64,000 nt of DNA, from contig NC_042997.1 of the NCBI RefSeq assembly GCF_006345805.1, forward strand, positions 104,284,001-104,348,000. Reading direction: 5' to 3'. Source of the stretch: Octopus sinensis (Eukaryota). Shown here in pieces: positions 12,354 to 26,078 of the stretch. Under the pieces are notes generated by a model. The model was not told the DNA's origin, did no database searches, and worked only from the letters and a program-made list of their open reading frames with translations. The position numbers and the translations under genes are program-made. Each line of letters opens with the position of its first letter. The first letter of the stretch is position 1.

Positions 12354-14781
12354 ATCTAAAGGAATGCACAAAAAGCTGGCTGAAAAACTTTAACAACATA
12401 CTAGCAGAGCCAGAGACACTGCCTGAATGCTCACGAAGGGGGAAAACCATCTTAATTCCTAAATAAAATGAGACAACAAAACCAGAAAATACTAAGACCA
12501 ATAACCTGTCTCCCTACAATGTACAAGGCATTTACTGCAGTGATCTCGCAATGGTTGAACAAGCACCTGGACGAAAACAACCTCTTTCCAGAAGAGCAGA
12601 AAGGATGCCGCAAAGGGTCATATGGCTGTAAAGATCAACTAATGATTTATAAAGCCACAACTGAAGACAGCCACAGAAAGAAGAAAGGCCTTAGTATGGC
12701 CTGGATCGACTACAAAAAGGCGTTTGATAGATTCCCGAACACAGGATCCTCGAAACACTAGCAATAACAAAGTAGCACCAACAATATAAAATTCATAGGG
12801 CACTCTATGAATAAATGGCAAACAGTGCTACAGCTCCAAATAAAAGAGGACTCATGAAAACCAAAGCCATCCCCATTAGAAGAGGAATATTCCAGGGAGA
12901 CACGCTCTCTCCACTCCTTTCTGCTTGGGTACTGTCACCTCTATCTGATATGCTAAATAGAACTGGATGCGGATATAAATGTTACGGCAAAACGATCAGC
13001 CACCTTTTATATATGGATGACCTAACAAAACTATACGCTGCAAATGACAAACAGCTGGAAACACTATTAAAGACAGTTCGTTGGATTTACCAAAGAAACA
13101 GATATAAAATTTGGATTAGGAAAAATGCCGCTCAAAGTAACCCTGAAAGACGAAAACTAGTTAAGAGTAGCAACATCACACTAGATAAAAACCAATGAAA
13201 TAAAAGAATTAGACCAAAGCCAAACTTACAAATACTTAGTAATCAATGAACTAGATAAGACACAACACACACAAATGAAAGAGAAAATAAAAGAAGAATA
13301 TTATAGACGAGTTAGATCAATACTAAAAACAGAGTTTAATGCTAAAAACAAGATAATAGGTATTAACACTTTAGCTGTCCCAGTTATAAGTTACAGCTAC
13401 AATATCCTTAACTGGACACTAAATGAACTGACCAAAATAGATAGGAAAGCAAGAAAAATAATGACAGGATCTAGGATGCATCACCTAAAATCTGACATAG
13501 AAAGACTATATATACAACGTATAGAGGTGGTAGAGGCCTTATAGAACTGGAAAACTACTATAAAATAACCACCATAGGACTGCAAAATATCTACTTCAGA
13601 AGGAAGGAAACTGATACAAATAGCGGCAAAACACGAGTAAAACAAGAGAAGAAGAAGAGAAGAAGAAGAAGAGAGAAGAAGAAGAAGAAGAAGAAGAAGA
13701 AGAATAAGAAGAAAGAAGAAGAAGAAGAAGAAGAAGAAGAAGAAGAGACGAAGAGAAGAAGAAGAAGAAGAGAAGAGAAGAAGAGAAGAAGAAGAAGAAA
13801 GAAGAAGAAGAAGAAGAAGAAGAAGAGAAGAAGAAGAAAGAAGAAAGAAGAAGAAAAGAAGAAGAAACAACAAAAGCTATAAAACAAATGAAATCCAAAC
13901 TAAAAAAGAACAGCAACGAACCATGATAAAACGATGGCAAGAAACGCCCTTCATGGTAAATACTGGACTAAACTAAACGCAAAAGAAATAGACAAAAAAA
14001 ATCCCAGCAATGGTTGAGAAGCTCTGGACTCAAAGCAGAGACAAAGGGATTTTTAATTGCAGCACAAGACCAAAGCCTCCCCCCAGAAATTACCAAAAAT
14101 ATGTAATAAAAGAAATATAACAAGTAACTGCAGGATAGTGGAGATGAACAAGAAACAATAAATCATATTATCTCTGGATGCCCAGTCCTGACTAAGAAGG
14201 AATATATTCACAGACATGACAGAGTTGGAACCTACATACACTGGAAGCTATGCCAACATATGGAATAACAACAGAAAAAAGATGGTATAGGCACACACCA
14301 GAAAAGGTCACAGAAAACGAGAAGCAACCATACTCTGGATATGCCGATACACACAGATAGAGAAATTAAGGCCAACAGACCAGATATAGTTTCAGAGAAC
14401 ATGAAGAAAAAAACGCTTTCTAATTGATGTATCAATACCGGCAGATGACAACGTGTCTCTAAAAGAAATGGAGAAACTTTCAAATACAAACCTGGAAATA
14501 GAGGTAACAGAATGTGGAATCTAAAAACAGAAACAATTCCTATCATAGTAGGTGCAATAGGCATGATAAAAAATATTCAGACAAATACATATCAAAAACA
14601 CCAGGACTTACAAACACATATAACATACAGAAAATTGCACTACTAGGCACTGCACACATCCTACGCAGAACACTTTCCATACAATAACCATCAGAGCATC
14701 ACAACAAATCACAGCACATACCTAAGGCACACAGAGCTGCGCTCGGTAGTGAAGTGAAAGCACGCTATAAAAATAAAACTA

Positions 14782-14784
<3 letters not shown>
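12354..14784 (+). mobile_element. 5'-truncated R4/Dong-clade non-LTR retrotransposon (RT + CCHC knuckle + RLE endonuclease), frameshifted
   Basis: RT motifs RPITCLPTMYK, EEQKGCRKG, AWIDYKKAFD, GIFQGDTLSP, SHLLYMDD; thumb region EYYRRVRSILKT..NAKNK; zinc-knuckle remnant ETINHIISGCP; RLE motif ANRPDI; stop at 14685-14687; short 3' UTR; flanked by (TAA)n on both sides. Confidence 0.92.
13645..13866. repeat. (GAA)n-rich purine tract inside the Dong ORF
   Basis: Directly visible; interrupts the ORF between the thumb region and the HGKYW segment. Confidence 0.95.
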
Positions 14785-14850
<66 letters not shown>

Positions 14851-15298
14851 TTTTCTGCTATATGCACAAGGCCTGAGATTTAGGGAAAAGGGACAAGTCG
14901 ATTACATCGACCACAGTGTGTCACTGGTACTTAATTTATCGACCCCGAAAGGATGAAAGGCGAAGTCGAATTTGAACCCAGAACTTAGCGACGGACGAAA
15001 TACCTATTTCTTTATTACCCACAAGGGGCTAAACACAGAGGGAACAAACAAGGACAGACATAGGTATTAAGTCGATTACATCGACCCCAGTTCGTAACTG
15101 GTACTTAATCTATCGACCCCGAAAGGACGAAAGGCAAAGTCGACCTCGGCGGAATTTGAACTCACAACGTAACGCAGACGAAATACCGCTAAGCATTTCG
15201 CCCGGCGTGCTAACGTTTCTGCCAGCTTGCCGACGGACGAAATACCGCTAAGCATTTCATCTAGCATGCTAATGATTCTGCCAAGCTTGTCGTCTTTA
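14851..15298 (-). mobile_element. Three tandem SINE family B copies or fragments
   Basis: Repeated atcgaccccgaaagga..aaaggc..agtcga and gacggacgaaataccgctaagcattt units. Confidence 0.88.
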
Positions 15299-15334
15299 TA
15301 GTAATAATCATAATATTCTCAGTACTTCCAAGCT

Positions 15335-16390
15335 GGTCCACACACAACCTTTTTCGCTTAAGCTAATAGTTAGATAAACACTGCTTATCTCTTCAGGTAA
15401 AGGAGGGCAACGGAACGATCTTCACACTGGACTCAGCTGATAACCGGACTCGTTCTACGCAATGCAGCAGATGTTCGACATAACTGCTGAAGTTAATAAC
15501 ACTCGAGCACTGGATAACTGTAAGCGGAACAGTTTCGTCACCCTGTACGGATCTTAGAAGGGCCCGGCTTACGACATTTACTTGTCTGTAGAATTTATCA
15601 AGAAACGGCAATACCCTTCTCCCAGTAGTACTGCCAGGTCAGTGGTTTCTGAAAATTAACCTTCAGCCGCTAAAGTCCTCTAGAACGGACAAGGCAGTTG
15701 ATTCACGTCGACGCCTAAGTGCTCCCGAGAAGTTTGTCCCTCTCACCCACCACTAATGCTTTATAGAGCTCGTCACTTCTTTCCGATTCTTTTCCACTTG
15801 GATATCTGGATCAAACCAATTTAACTGGTCCATCACTCCGTCAAGCAGCTTACGATGCTGTTGGATGTTATGAATTTACATGTCAGTGTGTTGGACTGCA
15901 GACTTCAATTTCTTGGTTTATTTTGCTACCAACTCGTATTTCCTTACAGTGGATCCAATCATCTCGATCTATTTGTTATCCGAAATTATTCCGGTCACGG
16001 CCTCCGCATAACCCAGCACATTTCTTTTGCATTCTAGTTCACGCAGACGCCTCTCCATATCTGCAGTTTGTGCAGTAGTAGCTCAAAAGTCAGCGGAGAA
16101 GATGCGAGAGGGGATAACCTTGAAAAAGCAAGAATATGATGCAAAATAGTTCCCTTCAGGTGGACACTCATCCTAATTACCGAAAAAAATGGTGTTGTAG
16201 ATTGCAGCGATTGAACTGTAAAAGGTGGAACGAAACTGGCTGCAGTGAGGACCACAGCCAAGTATTGGTAGTCGACCCTATTGAAAGCTTTGGACTGATA
16301 TATGTTAATCAGGACCCCACGCATGCTAGATTCCTTACACATTCCCTCTATAATGCATCGCACGTCGCATGAAGCAGAGGTTGTCATATA
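15335..16390 (-). mobile_element. Decayed Tx1/L1-type LINE ORF2 3' fragment (RT and C-terminal CCHC region)
   Basis: LINIYQSKAFNRVDYQYLAVVL resembles LINLDQSKAFDRVDH; C-terminal QGDETV...QCSSV resembles a knuckle remnant; many stops. Confidence 0.75.
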
Positions 16391-16985
16391 TAGATTTGTT
16401 CAGGATGGCGCATATTTGTACACCAGTAAACATCGACGACCAAATAAAAGAAATATGCAGAACAATTAAGAATATAGAATTGTAAATATGAGGACATCTA
16501 CTGAAATCGGTTTTACGTAGTATTTCCGTGTCTTCAGTCAGCAGTCACGACACACACACGTAGCAGGCAGATATTGATGTTTGCTTTCACCTGAGTGTTT
16601 CTCCTGAAGAGCAAATCGGCAAGGTGCTGCTGCAAAACCGTGTACGTATAGCATTTGCTATTCGTCAAACCATCAAAGATTGAAGTGTGATGAAAACGAA
16701 AGATTGGGTGAAGGAGTAGAAGAAGGAGCAAGAGAAGCAAGAGGAGGATAGTCGGAGGGGGAGAAGAAGGGGGAGAAAAAGAAGTAGAAAAAGAAGAAGA
16801 GCATTGATGACGAGGGGAAATAGTACGGTAAGTTTTAGTTACCCACCCTAACTGCATTTTTTTCTGGTATGGTATTACTACTATCAATAACCACTATCCC
16901 TATTATCACCACTGCCAAGGCTATCATCATAATATCTGCTGCTGCTGCTGCTGCTACTACTACACTACTACTACTACTACTACTA

Positions 16986-17021
<36 letters not shown>

Positions 17022-17220
17022 ATCAACGGCGTCGATGCAACTGTCATCACCCCTACCTTCATCGATTATCGAAGTAATATCTCTTATAGCAAGTCCAATC
17101 GCTGTCTTCCTGATTCATAGAAAAAATGTCTCCTTCAGCTGACCACATTATACGATTGATTGCGCTTGAAATTCCTTCTGTTACTTCACCATTTCCTTCA
17201 TCTCACAGTTCACATCTCAC

Positions 17221-17490
<270 letters not shown>

Positions 17491-18142
17491 AACATCCAAT
17501 CATCCATCTAACCACCTCTCTATGTATTTACCTATCTATCTGATTATCTGTCTAAATGTCAATGATTTTCCCGTTAAGTAATCAACTCTTACACTGATAC
17601 CCTCTCAATGTATCCCTTTCTCTCTTTCTTTCTCTTCGTCTCTCTTCATGATTACACTCTGCGTCTTGTGACTCCGAAATCTCGCAAAATTTAGAATGTT
17701 TACACGGAGTAAAATCAATGTAGAAAATCTTGTCTTTCAAATAAATAAATATATAGATAAAACTCACTAATATATTTCAAAAGAAAAATCGAAATACTTT
17801 ATTCAAGTTCATTACAATAGGAAAAATTCAATAAATAGAAGATTCATGGATGTTTGCCACATCATTTTGTGATTTCGTGTTTTGATGCATTATTCGTTGA
17901 ACGTATTACTTCTGCAGTTTCTATTGGTGATGCTTGTCACCTTCCCATTGCTCTTTTCTTTCATAAAACTCTCGAAGTAATATATAGAACAAGATACATC
18001 TATATATACACATACATATTTGCATACGTACATACATACATACATACATACATACATACATACATACATACATACATACATACATACATACGTACATACA
18101 TACATACATGCACACACACACACACACACTCATATATCTGTG

Positions 18143-18472
18143 TGAGGGCGCATGACTCAGTGGTTAGAGTGTCGAGTTTACGATCGTGAGGTTGTGTGTT
18201 CGAATCCCGGACCGAGCTGCGTGTTGTGTTCTTGAGCAAGACACTTTATTGCTCCAGTTCACTCAGCTGGAGAAATGAGTTGCAACGTCACTGGTGCGAA
18301 GCTGTATCGGCCCCTTTACTTTTCCCATGGATAACACTGGTGGTGCGGAGAGAGAAGGCCGGTATGCATGGGTGACTGCTGGTCTTCCATAAACAACCTT
18401 GCCCGGACTTGTGCCTGGGAGGGTAACTTTCTATATGCAATCCCATGGTCAGTCATAAACGAAGGGGATCTC
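18143..18472 (+). mobile_element. Full-length tRNA-derived SINE family C
   Basis: Pol III A box TGACTCAGTGG (~18153) and B box GTTCGAATCC (18198-18207), then a cttgagcaagacacttt domain; homologous to 46160-46492. Confidence 0.9.
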
Positions 18473-19652
18473 AATATATATATATATATATAATTATAAC
18501 AATCAAGAGGAGGTTGGCACTTCAGAATTAAAAGCTTAAGAATCTACCATCAAGCTCTTTCAGAAATAAATAATCATTTCTGTAATACGTCATGGATATC
18601 GCCATCTCTGCTACTCATTATGGTCTTCCAAGAATGAGCTTCTAGAAGATGCCGGACTGATAATGTGTTTCGGAACAATTGAGATTTTTGTATTAAGATC
18701 AAATTTCTTTAATTGACGCGTGAACACCACAGAATCATCCTTGATACAGAGCTTAATTACTGAATATTTGAGGTTACTATTACTATATGAACCTTTAAAC
18801 AATGTCTTTGAGTGTTGAATAGCCTCGATAGCTAATACATTTCGTTCAAATGCCTAGAGATCTATAGACAATTAGATATCAGTGGCATAAGTTTGTTGAC
18901 TTAGCCGTATCTCAACTGATAGCGATCATCTTTGCTTCTTTACAAAATGCGTTCTTAATGCTGCTTAACCATAACTGTCTAAACTTTAATTCAATATGAC
19001 AGTTTAACAAATAAGTTTCATTATTTGATGACAAATTCGAGCCTCAAATGAAGCACAAGGTGATTTAACACATTATGATGTGATTTGGTAAAAAGAGATA
19101 ATATAACCTATTCCTTTCACAGACATAAGAAAACATACATAGCAAACACACTGTCTGAAACAGATTGCATACATACAGAAATACTCGCACACGCACCAGT
19201 AAACACCATACACAAACATATATCTATTGTCAAAAATCTACAATGACATCCACACCAAGTGAAATCTATTTTTCACCAGTCAGCAGAGTTTTTGAAGAGA
19301 TAACTTCAATATTAATCTGACTGATCACTCGATCATTTTCAAATTTGATTCTGATTTGAGGTATATACGGTGTTATAATATTGTAAATAAGCCAAACTAA
19401 ATTACATACGTATGTACATACATACATACATACATACATACATAAATACATACATACATACATACATACATACATACATACATACACATACATACATACA
19501 TACATACATATATACATACATACATACATACGTATGTACATGCACACACACACGCTCACACAGTCACACGCACATATATATAAACAATATATATATACGC
19601 AATGTGTATATATATGTGTGTGTGTGTGTGTATGTGTGTGTGTATAATATAT

Positions 19653-19788
19653 GTAGGAATGCTTATGCAGTAAGAAGCTTGCTTCCCAACCATATGGTTC
19701 CAGGCAAGTGTCTTCTACTATAGCCTCGAGCTGACCAAAGCCTTGCGAGTGGATTAGGTAGACTGAAACTGAAAGAAGCCCGTCGTAT
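19653..19788 (+). mobile_element. SINE family A with an internal deletion
   Basis: Homologous to 23898-24062. Confidence 0.85.
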
Positions 19789-19799
19789 GTGTGTATGTA

Positions 19800-21088
19800 G
19801 GAGGGGCGTTCAATAAGTAATGCCCCTGACCCACTTCCCATAGCAGTAGAGCAACGAAACTTGGCACAGTTATTAGTCTTTTTCTACCTAAGAACCACCC
19901 AGAGTTACGCATTTCTCCCATTGTTTGATGCAGATCTGGAGACCGTTTTTGTAGAAGACCCCAGCTTGGTCCTCCAACCTGAACGTGACTTCAGAAATCA
20001 AGGCTGCATCATCTGGGAAACGCTTTCCTTTCAAAAACAACTTCATGACTGGGAAGAGGTAAAAATCAGAGGGTGCAAGGTCAGGAAAGTAGGGGGATGG
20101 GGGAGGAGTTCATAGCCATACGCCTGTGCTTCTGATCTGGCGACAAGCGAGTTGTGGACCGGAGCGTTGTCCTGCAGGAGGAGGATGCCTTTGCTGATCT
20201 TGCCCCGTCTCTTAATTTTGATAACTTCTCTTAATTTTCTCAGAAGTGAAGCATAATAAGCTCCTGCAATTGTGGTACCCTTTGCCAGGAAATCTGTCAT
20301 CACTACTCCGTCCTGGTCCCAGAAGACTGTGAGCATGACCTTGCCAGCGGAGGGCTGCACCCTTGCCTTCTTTGGAGGGGGTGAGTCACGGTGCTTCCAC
20401 TGCATTGACTGGGCTTTGGTCTCTGGATCATCGTGATGGACCCAGGTTTCATCCTGTGTAATCAGTCTTTTGAAAAATTTTGACTCATCTTCTTGGTACA
20501 TCTCCAAATTCACCCTCGAGCACTCGACGCGTTCTTGCTTCTGGAAAGGCGTGAGCAACCTGGGAATCCATCTGGCAGACACCTTTTGCATATGCAAATG
20601 GTCATGAATGATAGTTTCCACAGACCCGGTACTAATCTTGACCTCATGGGCTATTTGGCGAATAATTATGCGTCGATCTTCCAAAATGGCAGCCTCAACT
20701 TGACGGACAGATGCCTTATCAATGGCAGAAGGGGCGACCAGATCTGGGATCTGTTTCCACAGAGTTCCGACCATGTTTGAATTCACGATGCCAGCGTTTT
20801 ACAAGGTCATATGATGGGGCATCATCACCATAAGTTACTTTCATTTCATCAAAAGTCTCCCGTGGTGTGCGTCCTTTCAAATACAAAAACCGGATCACTG
20901 CTCGACACTCAACAGGATCCATTTCACACTTGACTCGGTTCAAACACCTGTAAATCAGAAACCACAATTAATTCAGAGCTGTAATTTGCCACTTACTCTA
21001 TAGAGATATAAATGATTGCACATGCAATATTTCAGCTAGATCCAACAACTGTAAGTGGGTCAGAGGCATTACTTATTGAACGTCCCTC

Positions 21089-21089
<1 letters not shown>
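19800..21089 (-). mobile_element. Full-length mariner DNA transposon (DD34D, irritans-like)
   Basis: 37-bp TIRs matching at 34 of 37 positions, TA flanks at 19798-19799 and 21090-21091, length 1290 bp. Confidence 0.97.
19873..20922 (-). pseudogene. Mariner transposase with two homopolymer frameshifts and one near-terminal stop
   Basis: MDPVECRAVIRFL...SGRP, WIPRLLT, ITQDETW, LLQDNAP, PHPPYFPDLAPSDF (34 residues between the 2nd and 3rd Asp after frame correction). Frameshifts at ~20731 and ~20092; TAG at 19888-19890. Confidence 0.93.
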
Positions 21090-21141
<52 letters not shown>

Positions 21142-21162
21142 GTGTGTGTGTGTGTGTGTGTG

Positions 21163-21193
<31 letters not shown>

Positions 21194-21239
21194 AGTGTGT
21201 ATGTATCATATATGTACATATAATATATAATATATATAT

Positions 21240-21345
21240 AGTTGAAATTTATAGAAAACAAAAGACGAAGACAGGTGTATGAACAAGTCGAGCATAAGCT
21301 CTTAAACAGAAAGGAATAAAAGAAAATAAACTGAGAGAGAAGATT
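21240..21345 (-). mobile_element. Internally deleted Penelope-type terminal-repeat element with a hammerhead remnant
   Basis: Reverse complement ctttctgtttaagagcttatgctcga parallels the motif at 51326-51361. Confidence 0.6.
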
Positions 21346-21853
21346 AGGTATAAGTAATGGGCATCATATATTTCTTAATTGTAATAATTTCGACTTATGG
21401 CTAAATCAGATAACCACTATAGGTTCGTTAATTGATCGGTTTCCTTAGTCGGTTCACTGATCGGTTGAGAATAAATGAACGACCTTAAAGAGTTGAATCT
21501 ATCCTCATCGGAATCGAATTCATAGCAAAACAATGATGATAAATGAATGATACAAGCATGGCAGAGGGTGCACAAAGAGGTAATAAGTATAAAGTGAAGA
21601 GAAGAGATATGAAGAGAGAAAGGGAAAAAGAAGCGATGACCTGGAAAAGGACAAAAGGAAAGATAAAGAAAGAAAAGGAAGAGAGAAAGAGAAAGAAGTG
21701 AGGTATGTAGGCATGGGATGGAAAAATGAAATTAAAGAAGGGACAGTAACAAAAATATTATTGGCCTTAGTGTGAGTAAAATACATTCCTTACATGCATC
21801 ATATGTACCTGCTAACATACATATATCATACGTACTTGCATACATGCGCACTT

Positions 21854-21894
<41 letters not shown>

Positions 21895-22089
21895 AACAAA
21901 CAAACACGCTCGCACACGAACACACACATATATCAGTAGGACGATCGTTCTTATAATTTAACTATGAAACCGGAGGAACCATTTTTAGATGGAAGACTTA
22001 AATATTGAGTTCTCATTTGCCCGAGCAATAATCCTTATATAGAGTTCTCCATATGATTCATATATATATATACATATGTATGTATATAT

Positions 22090-22158
<69 letters not shown>

Positions 22159-23765
22159 TATATATTATATATATATATATATACACGTATGTGTGTATGT
22201 GTACGTATACATATATATATATATTATATATATTATATATATATATTATACACACAACGATATATGCTTTACTGTATATAGAATATGCATATTCGATGTT
22301 TTCTCTACCTTATTTCTCAAAAGTTTAGTATAAGAAACGTTAAATATGAAAACACGTATGCACCAAACGACTTGGAAGTTTGCATTCATGCTTTTGATTG
22401 TAATACCATATAGAAATAGAGAAACACCATAACGTTGCTTATAACGGAGGCCTTATTGGTGGAATGAGACATCGAGTATGTAGTTATGGACGTATATAAA
22501 TGTGTGTTATATGCGGAATACCTAGAAGAATATAGTAGTAAGAGGACTGGGTGGTATACAGCTAATCATGAGCACTGTGCAGTGAGTAGTTGGAGCGAGC
22601 GTGTTAGTGCCATCTAGAAATATCTTATTGTGACTTACATTCACATTCATTTTCGACGTGAGCTACACACGAATTCCTAATACATAGCGCATCCTATTCT
22701 CTTTCGAGTAACCCAATGAAACTCCTCTTTCTTCATATATATATATATATTCCCTTCTTTATATCTATCAATTTATCTATGTGTATATGTCTGTGTATAT
22801 TTATATATATATATATGTATGTATATATATATATATATATATATGTGTGTATATGTATATATATGTATGTATATATATATATATATACACACTTATGTAT
22901 GTACTTACGTATGAATGTACGCATGTGTGTATGCATGTATATAGGTAAGACAATTTTTACGTAATTTATATCTGGGTTTCAGTAGATTTTGATATGAATG
23001 TTGTTAGGTGTAGCTATCAATTCGAAGGAGCTCGTAAATAAATAAGCAAAAATCATAACAAAAAAAAAAAACAGAAAGAAAGGCAAATAAACAAAGCACT
23101 AGGGCAAAACAGAAAGAAACAGAAATACTAATAACAAGAATATGAAACAATATAATAACAACGCTAACATGGATTACAAACAATAAAGTACAGTTTATTG
23201 CTTTGCATCAGAATTATTTAACCTTTTTCGCAATTGTCAAACAAGTAATTTCAGCTGAGATTAACAGGATTAAAGGATTAAAGAGTTATTTGCTTTTGAA
23301 AGGAGGGTATTTCCACCACGAATCATACGAAGGACCACTACCGGAAATTGAATTTTCGGAATTCATATTACTTGCCACCATTTTGATTTGCCCAAAATGT
23401 GTATGGATTTTATTTTTTATCTTTGTTTCACGTTCTGAAAGCTTTTATTCTTAGCTGTAAATTGTTCTTGTGTTTTATACTTAGCTTTGCCGAATCATTT
23501 CCGATTATCTTCTCCTCGTTCATTTCTCTGCATCAGCATGATACACACCATTTATACATGCATTCATTCATTTGACTGTGTTCCCTTATTCTCTCATTCG
23601 ATACAATATGATTTTGTTTAACGTTCTTACTTCCAATTTCAGAAGAATTCCTTACATAAATCTGGTCCATAGTATTTCACGCATTGATATAGAAAAAAGC
23701 ATTTAAACACACAGACATATACACATACATGCAGACACATACAGACACACACACACACAGATACA

Positions 23766-23816
<51 letters not shown>

Positions 23817-23897
23817 CACATACATACACGCACATGCACACACACAAAAACAAACAAACACACGCACACAGAGAGAAACATACACACACACACATAC

Positions 23898-24062
23898 AGG
23901 CGCAGGTATGGCTCTGTGGTAAGAAGCTTGCTTCCCAACCGCATTCTTCCGGGTTCAGTCCCACAGCATAGCACCTTGGGCAAATACATTCTATTATAGC
24001 CTCGGGCTAACCAAAGAGTTGTGAGTGGATTTGAAGGACGGAAACTGAAAGAAGCCCATCGT
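23898..24062 (+). mobile_element. SINE family A, full length
   Basis: ggcgcaggtatggctctgtggtaagaagcttgcttcccaacc...accttgggcaa...gaaagaagcccatcg. Confidence 0.9.
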
Positions 24063-25129
24063 GTATATATTTATAATCAAAATAAGCAACAAGGATATCC
24101 AAAGTTAGTGTAGTACAATCATTTCATGCTACTTCATTTAATTAAACAATGTAAGTATTACATCAGTTTTAAAATTAAGAGCACTCATCAGCCACATATG
24201 GAATTTTAAAAAAAATCAAATTGAAAATGTTCATTTTTTTTACTTAATTCCATTTGCCAACATTACAAAGAGGGTAGGTATATAAACAGAGAGGTGAAAT
24301 TCATCAGTAGAAACATGTTAATATAAGATCCTTCCTCATGGGTAGATTTCTTCTCACTGAATTTCCTTTGTTATTTAGATTTACCACTAGGGAGGCTTTT
24401 TTTTTCTATTAAGTTCAATGGAGACAATCAAGAATTTATCTATTTATAGATAGAGGAAGGGGCAGTTTAAGTAGCAGAATATAAATCCAACTCATTTATG
24501 AAGAACTTTTACTCTAGTATATTTAAATGTGTTTTAGCTAAAGTTAGTAGCCAAGAAGTAGAAGGCCAAGAACGTACAAATATAGGATAGTTGAAGAGAA
24601 AGAAAACATCCGAAACGGACGTTCTACTCAGATAATTGAAATTCTGCTCTGCGTCGTAATGTGCCGTTTCTGCACTACAGTAAAATATCGTTCGTTCTCT
24701 GTTTTCGGTCTGTAGTTCTCACCGATTGCTATACCTTATCTGTGATGACCAACATTATATTGCTTTTATCTAAAGTACTTTTCCATACTCGATCAAATTA
24801 TATTATAAAGTAGTCTGAGTGCGCTTCTCTATGTAATAAATTTATTGCTGTAAACATTAACATTGTCTAATATTGTCGCATATGTTTCATTCTAATGCCA
24901 TTTAGATATATTTCATGAATGTGTATAAAAGAAGGCACCACAAACATCCTCTTATTCAATCTCGTCCCTATATTTGCTGTTTGTCGTACTGTGTTTTACT
25001 CTAATTCCATTTCCCCCGTCGTGTTGTTATTAATGAAACTATTATTAGATAATGTAAGAAATTATTATCATTATTATCGTTCTTAATAGTGTTAAATTAG
25101 CAGAATCATTATAGTGCCGGATTAAATAC

Positions 25130-25500
25130 ATTTCTAATGGTTGACTACGATAAGCCGCCAATTAGCGGAATCGTTACCGTCCTGGACACATATACTTACT
25201 GAAATTTCTTTCGGCGTTGAGTTCAATTTCAGACGGATTTGACTTCGTTTTCATTTTCTTTAGGCCTATAAAATAGGTACCAGTCGATTACTAGGGTCGA
25301 TGTAATCGACTTTGCCCATCACACGTTTTTGCTTGTCTTGTTCCATAATTTGAAACAAATGTTTAGTTATGTCTCTCAACGTCTTGTGTTCTAATCCTGC
25401 GGCGGTCAATTTGTCTTTTTATTCTTTCAGGGTCGATAAAATAAACTACCAAATTAGTATGGTGCCTATGTAATAGACAAACCGGATCTTTTCAATATCG
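25130..25500 (+). mobile_element. Tandem diverged SINE family B copies
   Basis: Two occurrences of the ...gtcgataaaataaactacc / aataggtaccagtcgattactagggtcgatgtaatcgact body. Confidence 0.7.
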
Positions 25501-25865
25501 TGGCCAGGACCCCAGATCTTTCTAGTTAACTAAATAATTTGAAACTTCGTGTACTCATAGAGTGGAACTAGTTTATTCGCCAGTTGGAACTAGTTTATTT
25601 GAGAAAAATCTATTTTATGACTTTAATCGTAGATTAAAACTGCGAATTTTAACCAATGAGATTGCTTGTTTTCATATGTAAAACGTTACTGCGATCTGTT
25701 AGTGTGACGTTGAAAGCAGTTTTGACGTAGTCTGCTCTCTCTTTGTAAGTCTGTCTGCCTCCCCCTCTCTTACTATATTACATTTATCTTGCTTGAACTC
25801 ATTGAAATAAAACGTCCTCCTTTTTTTCTGTCTGTCTGTCCTTTTCTCTCTCTCTCTCTCTCCCC

Positions 25866-25901
<36 letters not shown>

Positions 25902-26014
25902 GTATATATGTATGTTCATATATGTATGTAAATATTTATGAAATAAATAAACACACATATTCGTGCGGATGTATTAAATATCTAAAATGTGTGAGCCTTA
26001 TATAATTAAACTGA

Positions 26015-26078
<64 letters not shown>

